Origin: Macrostomum lignano
Lineage: Eukaryota
Length of the DNA stretch: 64,000 nt
Assembly (NCBI GenBank): GCA_002269645.1
Contig: NIVC01002054.1
Coordinates: 62,001 to 126,000 of the forward strand
Reading direction: 5' to 3'
Each line of letters opens with the position of its first letter. Within the stretch, counting starts at the first letter, position 1. The position numbers were made by a program, and so were the translations under genes. The notes under the pieces were generated by a model, which ran no database searches, was not told the origin of the DNA, and worked only from the letters and a program-made list of their open reading frames with translations. Positions 1 through 11,430 of the stretch are shown piece after piece.

Positions 1-272
1 AGCCGAATTGTTTAAAAATCTTGTTAAACTCTCTTTAGAATTCTTTTTCTGTTTTCAATTTGATTTTTACTAAATGCTTTTACCAGTTTGTTATAACCAG
101 CCGAATTGTTTTTTAAAAATCTTGTTAAACTCTCTTAGAATTCTTTTTCTGTTTTCAATTTGATTTTTACTAAATGCTTTTACCAGTTTGTTATAACCAG
201 CCGAATTGTTTAAAAATCTTGTTAAACTCTCTTTAGAATTCTTTTTCTGTTTTCAATTTGTGATTTTTACTA
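1..272. repeat. ~100-bp unit in about 2.7 tandem copies
   Basis: AGCCGAATTGTTT...GTTATAACC starts at 1, 99 and about 199, with small indels between copies. Confidence 0.9.
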
Positions 273-719
273 ATTGTTATTAAGTTGTAGGCGCATAAAA
301 TGTAGGCCGTTTTATTTGTTTCTTCAGCTTGGCTATAGCGCTCGGCCTGAGGTTCTTCGTTACGAGCACATGCATCAGCTAACTATATAGATACAAGCAC
401 TCTATGAAATTCTTATTTCGCGCTTAATTATCCTGTCGTTCCCCGTTTGAATCTTGAAGTTGTATTTAGTTATTTCAATTTTTAATACATTCAATCCCTT
501 CTTCCCGCCCTCTCCACAATGCTAATTAGCAACAGCCCCACTATTGATGCATTAATTGCTAACTAAACGTTCGGTCGGTAAGGTGGCTCCAATTTGAAGC
601 CTTTTGTTGTAGTAGCGTCAAGTCCTCAGTGGCCTCAGTCTCCGGTGAGGTGAGGGTCCCGTTGAAACGAAGAAATAAAATAAGACGAGTCCACTCTGCT
701 CTCTTACATGTAACTCGTT

Positions 720-721
<2 letters not shown>

Positions 722-754
<33 letters not shown>
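722..754. repeat. (CT)n microsatellite
   Basis: direct reading. Confidence 0.95.
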
Positions 755-758
<4 letters not shown>

Positions 759-1284
759 CCCGGGTCTATGTGAATTTAGTAACGCTTGAATTTAGTACCG
801 CAACGGTGCAGCTGAGGGATGTCCCATATGTATCAGTGTAATATATAATGTTAAATTATATACCTATTATTTATATGGTGATTTCAATATTAATATTGCA
901 TAAATTGAAGAATTAAAGAATAGAAGAATTTTCGCCGATCAGGATTATCCACATACCCCCCACAGCTACGCCTAGATGGTAATGCTTGGATTTAGTAACG
1001 AATGTATTAATACTAAATACTTAACTCTTGAATTTAGGAACGATCATATATTCGTTATGAAGGAATTCTACGAGCTATTGTCTTGCAACTTCACTCTTAC
1101 ATAGTGAACCTAGTTACATAGTTACATAGTTACATAGTAGCTATAGCTGTAGCTTCGACAGCCAATCACCGACTTTCAAGATTGCATTATAAAAAGGCAG
1201 TCCACAATGAGTGCAGAGGGTCTAAAACATCCTTCCGAGATAAGCAGTTGAATTAAGCATAGCATAAACTCCACTGCCAAGAAC

Positions 1285-2277
1285 ATGAAATACCCTGGTA
1301 CCACTGTAGATGTACATGTAGCCCTACTGCTCGCATCGCTTCTGAGCAACCCTTGCTTAGCCTCGGGCCAGACGCAGCAGTGCACCGGCGGTCTCCGTCG
1401 CTACCAAAATTACAGCCTGCAGCCGGACTGCAGCGACTCCAACAGCACAGCTGATGAAGCAGGCGACTCTGTCACGGTGGCCACCTCAAGCCCACTCACC
1501 TGTGCACTCATTGCCAGCCAGAATGCCACAGCTGCTCCAGCTGCACTCGTCATGATGAGCTCACCAAACCACAACTCCATCAGCGAGTGCCGCATCGTCT
1601 CTGCTTCGTGCCAGCGCTTCAAGCTGATCAACAAGTCGGAATCAGCTCGGCGACCGACTCCCGTGCTTGTTCTGGTGAGGTCAGCTGACTCGAAGGCGTT
1701 CCTTGTGTTCTCAATCAAGGCCGGCAGCGGAGTGAAGTCGTGGCAGCTTTTCGCAGGCGGCGATGCGGCGTCCAGCAGCGAGCGGCTGCTGCTGCAGTCG
1801 ATGGATTCCCCTCTGCTGCCGGACAGGTTCAGGTCCGGCCTGCTGGACAGGATGCCGAGTCTGCTGCGAGCCCTGGCCTTCAAGCAGCTCATTGTGTGCG
1901 TGTACAGGCCTGGCGGGGAGCTGGTGGTGAAGCTGGTGTTGGACGTGTCCGGCCTGGGCGACTCTATCGACAGGGAGAACTGGTTCCACTGGAGCCACCT
2001 CGTCTACAGCTGGCCCGTGCCCGACCTGAGCAACCGGTCATTTAACTTCTTTAGCATTCGTGGAGCAGACAGCCATGAAGCGAGATTTTGTGTAAATTTT
2101 TATTACAACGGCTGCCAAGATTCATCTGGATTGCTTCTCGTATTTGATGCAGATTCCAGCTGTGACTGGATAGGTGAACCCAGTTTAATGCCTCGGATTC
2201 GGTACAACCCGACGGGCAAAGGTAATTGGAAAGGAAACGCCATGCCCGCTGATTACCTGGCTGTCTGGGCTCGCTGA
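1285..2277 (+). CDS. Secreted 330-aa protein: possible degenerate PAN/apple-like N-terminal region plus an uncharacterised Trp/Cys-rich C-terminal domain
   Basis: Intronless ORF with strong GC3 bias. Hydrophobic leader VALLLASLLSNPCLASG. C-terminal motifs ENWF..SW..DL..FNFFSI.G...RF.VN.YY.GC and CDW...P.I.Y...AD.LAVW resemble a domain I recall from invertebrate secreted proteins; no search was run. Confidence 0.8.
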   Translation: MKYPGTTVDVHVALLLASLLSNPCLASGQTQQCTGGLRRYQNYSLQPDCSDSNSTADEAGDSVTVATSSPLTCALIASQNATAAPAALVMMSSPNHNSISECRIVSASCQRFKLINKSESARRPTPVLVLVRSADSKAFLVFSIKAGSGVKSWQLFAGGDAASSSERLLLQSMDSPLLPDRFRSGLLDRMPSLLRALAFKQLIVCVYRPGGELVVKLVLDVSGLGDSIDRENWFHWSHLVYSWPVPDLSNRSFNFFSIRGADSHEARFCVNFYYNGCQDSSGLLLVFDADSSCDWIGEPSLMPRIRYNPTGKGNWKGNAMPADYLAVWAR

Positions 2278-2599
2278 TTGACCTGAGATACTCAGCCACC
2301 TGTGCAGGACTAGCAAGCCTGCTGATTGACAGCAACTGTAAAGGCTTGATGCTCCTAAGGATTTTTTCTAGATGTTGTCATATTGTAAATGTTTGAAAAA
2401 TCAATCCAAAGTCTGTTTATCAAAAGCAATTTTAGCAAGGCCAAGGAGAAAGTGGGAGCTGGGTGTCTTCACACACAGATAGCTGAAATACAGCATGCGT
2501 ATCCAAGGTAAACAAGATATGAAATATCATTTTGGATGCAAATCAACTGTGTATTTACCTGGCTTGTTGGAGTGTTAAATTACAGCACGTTGTCAATCA

Positions 2600-2605
2600 A
2601 ATAAA
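2600..2605 (+). terminator. candidate polyadenylation signal AATAAA for the 1285-2277 gene
   Basis: AATAAA about 320 nt after the stop codon. Confidence 0.4.
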
Positions 2606-2749
2606 AGTACAAAATGAAAACTAAGCTCCGGAATTATTTTTTTTCGAAAGAGACGGTGCAACGCGGCTGCTAGTATATTTTTTGGTCTAACAAGAACACA
2701 GGTAAGAGTGTAGAAGTCTCGATACAGGTGATGAAGAACCGTGCTGAAA

Positions 2750-2995
2750 TCACGTCGACTGACCACCTTTAGTCTCCTGATACTTGGCCATGCAGACTTT
2801 CATTTTTCGAACCTGCTCCTGGCACTGCCGCCAGTCTCTGTGCTCGGCCATGCACTCCATGACGTCATTGTGCTGGTCCAGACAGCCAGTGCGCTTTAGC
2901 ATTGCTTCGAAAGCATCTTCTTCATCATCATTGCTCGGCGTTGGCTTCCAGCTGTGCTTCGACTCTTGCTGCTGCTGCTGCTGCTGGGTAGACAT
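2750..2995 (-). CDS. COA4: Cytochrome c oxidase assembly factor 4 homolog (CHCHD8), 81 aa
   Basis: Twin CX9C (CLDQHNDVMEC, CQEQVRKMKVC), DWRQC motif and acidic DDEEED stretch match COA4. ATG at 2995 (the ORF track starts at an upstream TTG). Confidence 0.9.
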   Translation of the reverse strand: MSTQQQQQQQESKHSWKPTPSNDDEEDAFEAMLKRTGCLDQHNDVMECMAEHRDWRQCQEQVRKMKVCMAKYQETKGGQST

Positions 2996-3986
2996 GGAGG
3001 GCAATCAGGATGTTGCTGAAAGAAGAGGTTGTTAATCAGCCTATAGACAATGTTTTAGGAGGCTTTCTAAAGCTTGATTAGCTCGTAATTCAACAAATAT
3101 AATTTGGACCGCTAGTTGGTAGTCAGATGATTAATAGCACTCTGAAACTTTAGGAAACTTATTTTTTTCTAGGCAAGAAGGAAGATTAAAATTAATAAAA
3201 AATCGCAGGAGAGTTCTGAGAAGCCAGCCTGGCGCAAAATTTTTGATGAAATCGTCAAACAATCCAGCACCGGTGCAATTCTGCTCATCCCGCTGACTAC
3301 TCTTGAGCAGACGCTCGTACAAGCGCGCCAATACTGTACACAGGGACGCTCAAACAGGGTGTACAAGGGCACTGACACATAAGGACCAAATGAATGTGAC
3401 AGCGCACGGAACAGAACTTGGGGGGGGGGGTCGTGGCCCTTCCTGTGTTTGACTGGAGATTAATTTTTTGCCATTTTAAATGTAGTTTTCGAAATACTAC
3501 TGGATTCTTTTTTCGATTGTAGAATTTCATTGCATTAAATGGAGTTTGACGAGAACCATCCGTCGAATGAATCTGTTGGAAAGATGGGAAGAGACGCAGT
3601 TCTGGTCGAACTTTACTTGCTTGCTATTCTCGAGGAGTATTTTTTTAAAAATTAAAGTTAATAATAAAATTTTTGAATCACATTCAACAAAAACATACTA
3701 AATTTAAATGATGTTCCGAGTCCAGTAGAACACATTGTAAATTAGCTCGTACTTAGCTAATAAATATTGCAACTAAAATAATCCTACAACTATAAGGTGA
3801 TCCTTGAGACATAGCTTACAAGAAAGTAATTTTCTATGGCCAAGAGACCATTTTTGTTTAGCGTCTAAGAATATTTTGGCGACTGCCGACTTCTCAAAAC
3901 GACGCGAACGAGCAGACCTGGCTTCCGCGGTAACAGAGGCATCAATATTGAATCGGCAGACAAAGACTAACAGCCAGTCGCTTAGC

Positions 3987-6900
3987 ATGCGTCGAAGAAG
4001 TTGCAGCCATCTTCTCAACAGATCATCCGATAAAACGGTTGACAAAACTGCCAGCGAGAAGCAATGCAATTACAAAGTGGTTGCCCTGGGCAACAGCGGG
4101 ACAGGCAAGACTTGGCTAATCGAACGATTGATGGCTCGACAAAAGCAGAGACGTAAGTCGAATGTAATCTAACATGGATTTCTGAGCCCTCTGACGTGGA
4201 TTAAAGTAATTAATAACTAAGGCAATTTATGCTGCCCTGTCCATGTTGGTTCAGTGACTTCTGAATAGGAGCATTCAGTCGAATAAAAGCATGAAGTTTT
4301 ACGTCAGAAAAGTTAAATGTCGGTACCATCATAGCGTCGAAATAGCAATGTCGTCGAAGTTTCACATTGTCGAGAACCAGAATTCGGGTTATCCTTTTCT
4401 CTATAAATATATATATTATAAAATTCCTAAAAATTTCCTTCGTAGAGTCTAACTTCATTCATAAACATTCCATTGTTAGAACATTAACAGTCGCAACTCT
4501 TTGTTTTTAATTTCTTTCCATATACTGATCCGACAGACAGCCTTCTCTGCAGATTTTCTTATAAGCTTCTTACATTTGCCAAACGCTCATTTGTTTGAGG
4601 AATTATCGTACGTGACCAACCGGCACCTGCCAAATGGACGCTGAGCATGCATGTCCATTTTTATTCATTTCAATTTCAATTTCGACAATGTCAAATTTCC
4701 ACAGTGAGAAAGCGACTCCTATAGGTGTCGAAAATTTAAGTTTTGATATTTTAAAGTATTTTAAAGTTCCTATTAAAGTCCAATCTCTATTTATGTCCAG
4801 CCTCAGCTGACCTTAAATTTTCCATTTTCGGTCAGTTAGCGCACAATACTCAAGGCCTTATAAAATCGAATAATCTAAGAAGTTTAATTCGATTGGGTCA
4901 ACACTCAATCTTGATAGCTGCATGACCAAAATTATCGATCAAAAAACCACATTTAACAGCGTACAAGAACTACTTTTCGGACAGTCCATTAGCAACCAAC
5001 GATGTCGCGGAGTCGGATGGCACAATCGGCGTGACAGTCAATCTGTGCAAAGTTCGTCTGATTGACAATCAAGGTGCCGCCCAAGCAGGCTGCAGCAAAG
5101 GCGGAGTCGGCAAAACCGTCCTGTTACACCTGTGGGACACTTCGGGCAAGCCAAGGTATCGCAATCTGATTCGCAACTATATTACGGACGCGCACTGCGT
5201 CATTCTAGCGTACAATCCTGCCGAGGGCTTCGAGGCGGCCCAGCGCGATCTGGCCAGCTGGTACAGCTTCGTTAAGGAGGCGAAAAGAAAAGTGTCCATG
5301 ACGTTGGGAAGCGATACGGCGGAATCGCTAGCGAGAATGGTCGGCAAGCAGCAAGCGGAGCAAGGTAATTCTCCATAATATTTACAGGGATCATTACGCA
5401 AACAAAAGTACCATGCTTTTTAACTTTTAAGCTCAAGCTCGGAAAACGTAACCAAGGTCTCAAGTAGGGTAATTGCTCGGATAACGTAACCAAAGACTCA
5501 AGTAGGGTAATTGCTCGGATAATGTAGCCAAGGACTCCAGAGTAATCGCTCGGAGAATGTAGCCAAGGACTCCAGAGCAATCGCTCAGTGAATGTAGCCA
5601 AGGACTCCAGAGCAATCGCTCAGTGAATGTAGCCAAGGACTCCAGAGCAATCGCTCAGTGAATGTAGCCAAGGACTCCAGAGCAATCGCTCAGTGAATGT
5701 AGCCAAGGACTCCAGAGCAATCGCTCGGAGAATTGTAGCCAAGGACTCCAGAGCAATCGCTCAGTGAATGTAGCCAAGGACACCAGAGCAATCGCTCGGA
5801 GAATTGTAGCCAAGGACTCCTGAGCAATCGCTCGGAGAATTGTAGCCAAGGACTCCAGAGCAATCGCTCAGTGAATGTAGCCAAGGACTCCTGAGCAATC
5901 GCTCGGAGAATTGTAGCCAAGGAATCCTGAGCAATCGCTCGGAGAATTGTAGCCAAGGAATCCAGAGCAATCGCTCAGTGAATGTAGCCAAGGACACCAG
6001 AGCAATCGCTCGGAGAATTGTAGCCAAGGACTCCTGAGCAATCGCTCGGAGAATTGTAGCCAAGGACTCCAGAGCAATCGCTCGGAGAATTGTCGCCAAG
6101 GACTCCAGAGCAATCGCTCAGTGAATGTAGCCAAGGAATCCTGAGCAATCGCTCGGAGAATTGTAGCCAAGGACTCCAGAGCAGTGGTGTGATTGGAAAG
6201 TTTGCCAAATTTCGCGCCGACTGAAAATTTTCGCGACATGCCAATAATATTCTACTGACAGCCAAATAAGTCAATTGATGACACTTTTGAAGATGCGTCT
6301 GGCTACCAATTAGCATGTCTCTTAAGTCACAGCCGTGTCCCCCCTGAACTTCTTGTTGGCGATGTCTGCAGACAGATGACTGCTCGTGCTGGTGATTGAC
6401 GACGTTGACAGCAGCTCAGCAGCCTTGCGCTTTAAGACGAGCTCAGCTAGCTTCCCTGCCTTCTTCTGTTTCTTCTTCTGCACATTCTGCTGCTGACGCC
6501 TGAGATTGAACTCAGTTTGTTAGATTAATCTCCTAAGCTATGACATTCTTGTATTTCATACTGTCTGACAAGAGAATAAGTGTAAAAAGCAGAAAATAAG
6601 AATGCAATTTTCGCGCCCATGGTTCCACAAAATTTCGCGCCAGACCCCCAGGATTCGCGCATTCGCGCCATTTTCGCGCCTGGCGCGAATTCGCGCCTGA
6701 ATCACACCACTGCTCCAGAGCAATCGCTCGGAGAATTGTAGCCAAGGACTCCAGAGCAATCGCTCGGAGAATTGTAGCCAAGGACTCCAGAGCAATCGCT
6801 CGGAGAATTGTAGCCAAGGACTCCAGAGCAATCGCTCAGTGAATGTAGCCAAGGACTCCAGAGCAATCGCTCAGTGAATGTAGCCAAGGACTCCAGAGCA

Positions 6901-7611
6901 ATCGCTCAGTGAATGTAGCCAAGGACACCAGAGCAACCGCTCGGATAATTGTAGCCAAGGACAACAGAGCAATCGCTCGGAGAATGTAGCTAAGAAACTA
7001 AGGGGAATTTCTCGGACAGCAAATATTCCAGTAGTCTGAGTAGCCTTGAGTACATCCAAAGGGCGAAAAGGCTCAAGGGAATGGTTGAATTGAAGTTATA
7101 TCTGACTCTATACCGAACTCAGAAAACACAACACCTAGCAAGATCCCGAAATTTCACCTCGCCGCAACAAGCAGACCTCTCTGCCCTGCCAATAATCGTG
7201 GCGATCTCCAGCGGCACCTGCGCCTACAGTTTAAGCGAAACCGCACAAGCCGGAGTGAATTTTGGCCGGGTATTTGCCAGCTCAGTGTGCGGCCGATTCT
7301 ACATAGTACAGCGACCGTCCAGCTGCCTAATGCCTCATCGATGCCAGCATCAACACGGCGATTGCATTCAGCAACTTATTAGACATCGTCTGACCTCGCA
7401 GCTGCTAGCCGAAGTGCTTCTACACCACCAACGGTCTAGACAGCACCGGAAACAGCGTCAGCGAGAACAACTGGAGAAGGCTCAATCGCGACAGCAGAGC
7501 CTGCTGCTACTCGGCGGACCAGACGAGCTCGGAGAAGACGACGACAACCGGTGTAAATTTTGGTGCCGTCGAATATTCGGATGCCAACGCAAGAAAGGCG
7601 TGAAGGCTTGA
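3987..7611 (+). CDS. Atypical Rab-like small GTPase, ~335 aa, 3 exons (3987-4152, 4960-5364, 7175-7611)
   Basis: YKVVALGNSGTGKT (G1), GTIGV (G2), LHLWDTSGKPRY (G3-like), YITDAHCVILAY, then LPIIVA where NKxD should follow. Both introns are GT-AG, phase 1; total 1008 nt. Confidence 0.75.
6182..6712. mobile_element. Non-autonomous hAT-type DNA transposon, 531 bp
   Basis: Perfect 13-bp TIR CAGTGGTGTGATT...AATCACACCACTG; exact 8-bp TSD CTCCAGAG (6174-6181 and 6713-6720); multiple subterminal TTCGCGCC repeats. Confidence 0.9.
6322..6499 (-). pseudogene. Orphan terminal exon carried inside the hAT element (58 aa, K/Q-rich)
   Basis: Preceded by CTAAC...TTCAATCTCAG. Open frame RQQQNVQKKKQKKAGKLAELVLKRKAAELLSTSSITSTSSHLSADIANKKFRGDTAVT*, GC-richer than its flanks. 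Confidence 0.6.
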
Positions 7612-7687
7612 CAGTATGTGCAATAATTATTCTTTTGATAACAAATAATTAGAATATAAAAAATTGAGCGCGTTTTAACAAGTATAC

Positions 7688-7693
7688 AATAAA
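7688..7693 (+). terminator. candidate polyadenylation signal for the Rab-like gene
   Basis: AATAAA about 77 nt after the stop. Confidence 0.4.
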
Positions 7694-7764
7694 AAATACC
7701 GTAGAAAACAAGTGTACAAACTCAAAATTAGCGTGCCTTTTGTATATAGTGTCGCAATATTGGC

Positions 7765-9380
7765 ACACCAATCACACGGAAGTGGCACACCAATCACACA
7801 GAAGTGACACACCAATCACACAGAAGTGGCACAACAATCACAAAGAAGTCACACACCAATCACAGAGGAGTGACACACCAATCACACAGAGGAGTGACAC
7901 AACAATCACACAGAGGAGTGACACACCAATCACTCAGAGGAGTGACACACCAATCACACAGGAGTGGCACACCAATCACACACAGGAGTGGCACACCAAT
8001 CACACAGAGGAGTGACACAACCCAATCACACAGAGGAGTGACACAACAATGACACAGAGGAGTGACACAACAATCACACAGAGGAGTGACACAACAATCA
8101 TATAGAAGTGGCACAACAATCACACAGAGGAGTGACACACCAATCACACAGAGGAGTGACACACCAATCACACAGAGGAGTGACACACCAATCACACAGA
8201 GGAGTGACACACCAATCACACAGAGGAGTGACACACCAATCACACAGAGGAGTGACACACCAATCACACAGAAGTGACACACCAATCACACAGAAGTGGC
8301 ACAACAATCACAAAGAAGTCACACACCAATCACACACAGGAGTGGCACAACAATCACAAAGAAGTCACACACCAATCACACACAGGAGTGGCACACCAAT
8401 CACACAGAGGAGTGACACAACCCAATCACACAGAGGAGTGACACAACAATGACACAGAGGAGTGACACAACAATCACACAGAGGAGTGACACAACAATCA
8501 TATAGAAGTGGCACAACAATCACACAGAGGAGTGACACACCAATCACACAGAGGAGTGACACACCAATCACACAGAGGAGTGACACACCAATCACACAGA
8601 GGAGTGACACACCAATCACACAGAGGAGTGACACACCAATCACACAGGAGTGACACACCAATCACTCAGAGGAGTGACACACCAATCACACAGGAGTGAC
8701 ACACCAATCACAAAGAAGTCACACACCAATCACACAGAGGAGTGACACAACCCAATCACTCAGAGGAGTGACACAACAATCACACAGGAGTGACACACCA
8801 ATCACAAAGAAGTCACACACCAATCACACAGAAGTGGCACAACAATCACAAAGAAGTCACACACCAATCACACAGAGGAGTGACACAACCCAATCACACA
8901 GAGGAGTGACACAACCCAATCACTCAGAGGAGTGACACAACAATCACACAGGAGTGACACACCAATCACAAAGAAGTCACACACCAATCACACAGAAGTG
9001 GCACAACAATCACAAAGAAGTCACACACCAATCACACAGAGGAGTGACACAACCCAATCACACAGAGGAGTGACACAACCCAATCACTCAGAGGAGTGAC
9101 ACAACAATCACACAGGAGTGACACACCAATCACAAAGAAGTCACACACCAATCACACAGAAGTGGCACAACAATCACAAAGAAGTCACACACCAATCACA
9201 CAGAAGTGGCACAACAATCACAAAGAAGTCACACACCAATCACACAGAAGTGGCACAACAATCACAAAGAAGTCACACACCAATCACACAGAGGAGTGAC
9301 ACAACCCAATCACACAGAGGAGTGACACAACAACGACACAGAGGAGTGACACAACAATCACACAAGAGTGGCACACGAAT
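7765..9380. repeat. ~24-bp minisatellite (ACACCAATCACACAGAGGAGTGAC) with a ~400-bp higher-order duplication
   Basis: Tandem units; a variant block at 8041 recurs at 8441. Confidence 0.95.
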
Positions 9381-10804
9381 CTACAGAAGACACCTAAATG
9401 AGAAAAAAGGTAGCTGAATGCAAGCAGAGCCATAATACGCATAATCAGATTCATACTTAAACTATAATTATAAGAACTATAAAATTACAAAAACTGCCTA
9501 TGACAAATTATCCATAGCGATAAAACAGATTGCATTGTAATATTGTATTGCGGTCATTAATTCACTGGATAATTTCTCTTTTGATAATTGCTATTAAAGC
9601 CAACTACGAGTATATCAATTGAGTAGACATGAATTAAGTAAATAGGCTTGGGTGTTTATCTAAACTTTTCCAATTATTATTTTGTTTTAATTGTTTAAAA
9701 TAAAGACAAAACTAGATTTAAAAACTTTTCTGCGGACATACTGATAGAGAATTAGATGACACAAAGATCTCTTCTCTGTACCCGCAACTTTTATTAGTCC
9801 GTTTAAGTAATTGCATAACTTATACATTTACAGCCAGTTTGCGTAAAGATAAAACACTAAAAAACACACACAATGAGCATATAAATGTATTGTTAGAGTG
9901 AGTTATATAAATATACATTATAATATTTTCCAATCACCAAGAGACCAAAGGCGCATGAAGAGAAAGAAGACAGCATTAAAAACTAGAAAATATACTAAGA
10001 AGTAATCTGCATTAATATGCATAGATTATATATGTATAGTGCAGAGCGACTTGATTTCAAAGTGCCAATTAAATTTAATCATTAAATTATTGCACTTAAT
10101 TGATCACCAATTTCCACATCGGGAGTGAAAGACGACCCGACCTTTAATGAATTGTTCTTTTAATAAAACGGCTTTAGAGTAAGGAATGTATATATAGATA
10201 TATCAGGCTAAAAGCGGTTAATGAATAAAACAGTAAATAATAATAACACAATTCGCTGACAGACCCTTATTGCACTACTGTCAGTAGATCAGTAGAGAGT
10301 TTTATGAATAAAAACAGAGATGTTTATAGTAGATTGCTAAAAATGTACTTCTCTTAATACAATATTTTACAATATTGCACATCAGAGTCGGAATGTAAAA
10401 CTTTCTAATTAAAAGTCGTCACATTATTCGTAACTAAACTCCCAGGTTAAAACAAACCAGTGCAAAGGAAATTAAGCAAAAAAAACTAAAGAAAAAAGTG
10501 TGTTGCCTTGCGGAATGCACGAGGGTCCAAGTTCTGACACAGATTGAACAGACCATAAACACAGAAATGTAAAACATGTCTTATAATTCACATGATGCAG
10601 CTCAGAACACAGAAAACGGCCTGATGAGCAAGACATGGCACATTTAAAGTTCACACCGACTTCTGCCTACCTATACAAAAGGCCCCTTACATGTAGGTGT
10701 TTTTTAGATCTTAAAAACAAATTGTTGATTTCAAATTCTCACACCCATTGAGTCCCTTTATAAATTAAAGGTCTCAAAATTTAACCAATGAAACAAAGAC
10801 GAAT

Positions 10805-11430
10805 ACTAAATCTCACCCCTAAAACTAGATATTTCAAAATCTCTCCCCTAAAACTAGATATTTCAAAATCTCACCCCTAAAACTGGATATTTTAAAATCT
10901 CACCCCTAAAACTGGATATTTCAAAATCTCACCCCTACAGATTGAAAATTTCAAATCTCACCCGTAAAACTGGATATTTCAAATCTCACCCTCTAAAAAC
11001 TGGAAACTTTAAATTCTCACCCCCTAAAAGCTGGAAATTTCAAATTCCCACCCCCTAAAAACTGGAAATTTCAAATTCCCACCCCCTAAAAGCTGGAAAT
11101 TTCAAATTCCCACCCCCTAAAAGCTGGAAATTTCAAATTCCCACCCCCTAAAAACAGAAAATTTCAAATTCCCACCCCCTAAAAGCTGGAAATTTCAAAT
11201 TCCCACCCCCTAAAAACAGAAAATTTCAAATTCCCACCCCCTAAAAACTGAAAATTTCAAATTCTCACCCCCTAAAAACTGAAAATTTCAAATTCTCACC
11301 CCCTAAAAACTGAAAATTTCAAATTCTCACCCCCTAAAAGCTGGAAATTTCAAATTTCCACCCCCTAAAAACTGAAAATTTCAAATTCTCACCCCTAAAA
11401 GCTGGAAATTTCAAATTCTTACCCTCTCAC
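10805..11430. repeat. 29-30-bp minisatellite (TCTCACCCCTAAAACTGGATATTTCAAAA)
   Basis: direct tandem units. Confidence 0.9.

Larger units (their letters stand above)
5445..6990. repeat. 34-35-bp minisatellite (GTAGCCAAGGACTCCAGAGCAATCGCTCGGAGAATT) in Rab-like intron 2, interrupted by a MITE
   Basis: direct tandem units at 5445-6181 and 6713-6990. Confidence 0.95.

Noticed and set aside
2650-2672. GGTGCAACGCGG..CTAGT resembling a Helitron 3' end
   Set aside because: The hairpin is too weak and no 5' end or internal homology is visible
3804-3986. N-terminal extension of the Rab-like ORF from an upstream TTG
   Set aside because: Non-ATG start; the first in-frame ATG is at 3987, so the extension is probably 5'UTR
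5091-5120. SKGGVGKT in the Rab-like protein looks like a MinD/ParA/ArsA deviant Walker A
   Set aside because: GKT is the normal Rab GKTxxLxxWDT segment and the real P-loop is in exon 1; the match is most likely coincidental
7740-9417. Many ORF-track ORFs over tandem repeats (also 5272-7059, 11925-12821, 15446-18452, 20622-22044, 32507-38190, 60607-60970, 63433-63928)
   Set aside because: They are translations of stop-free minisatellite or microsatellite units in introns and spacers, not genes
10610-10660. CTGATGAG hammerhead-like core (and a GAAAC/GACGAG arrangement at 640-700)
   Set aside because: No correctly placed GAAA and no stems I-III could be built
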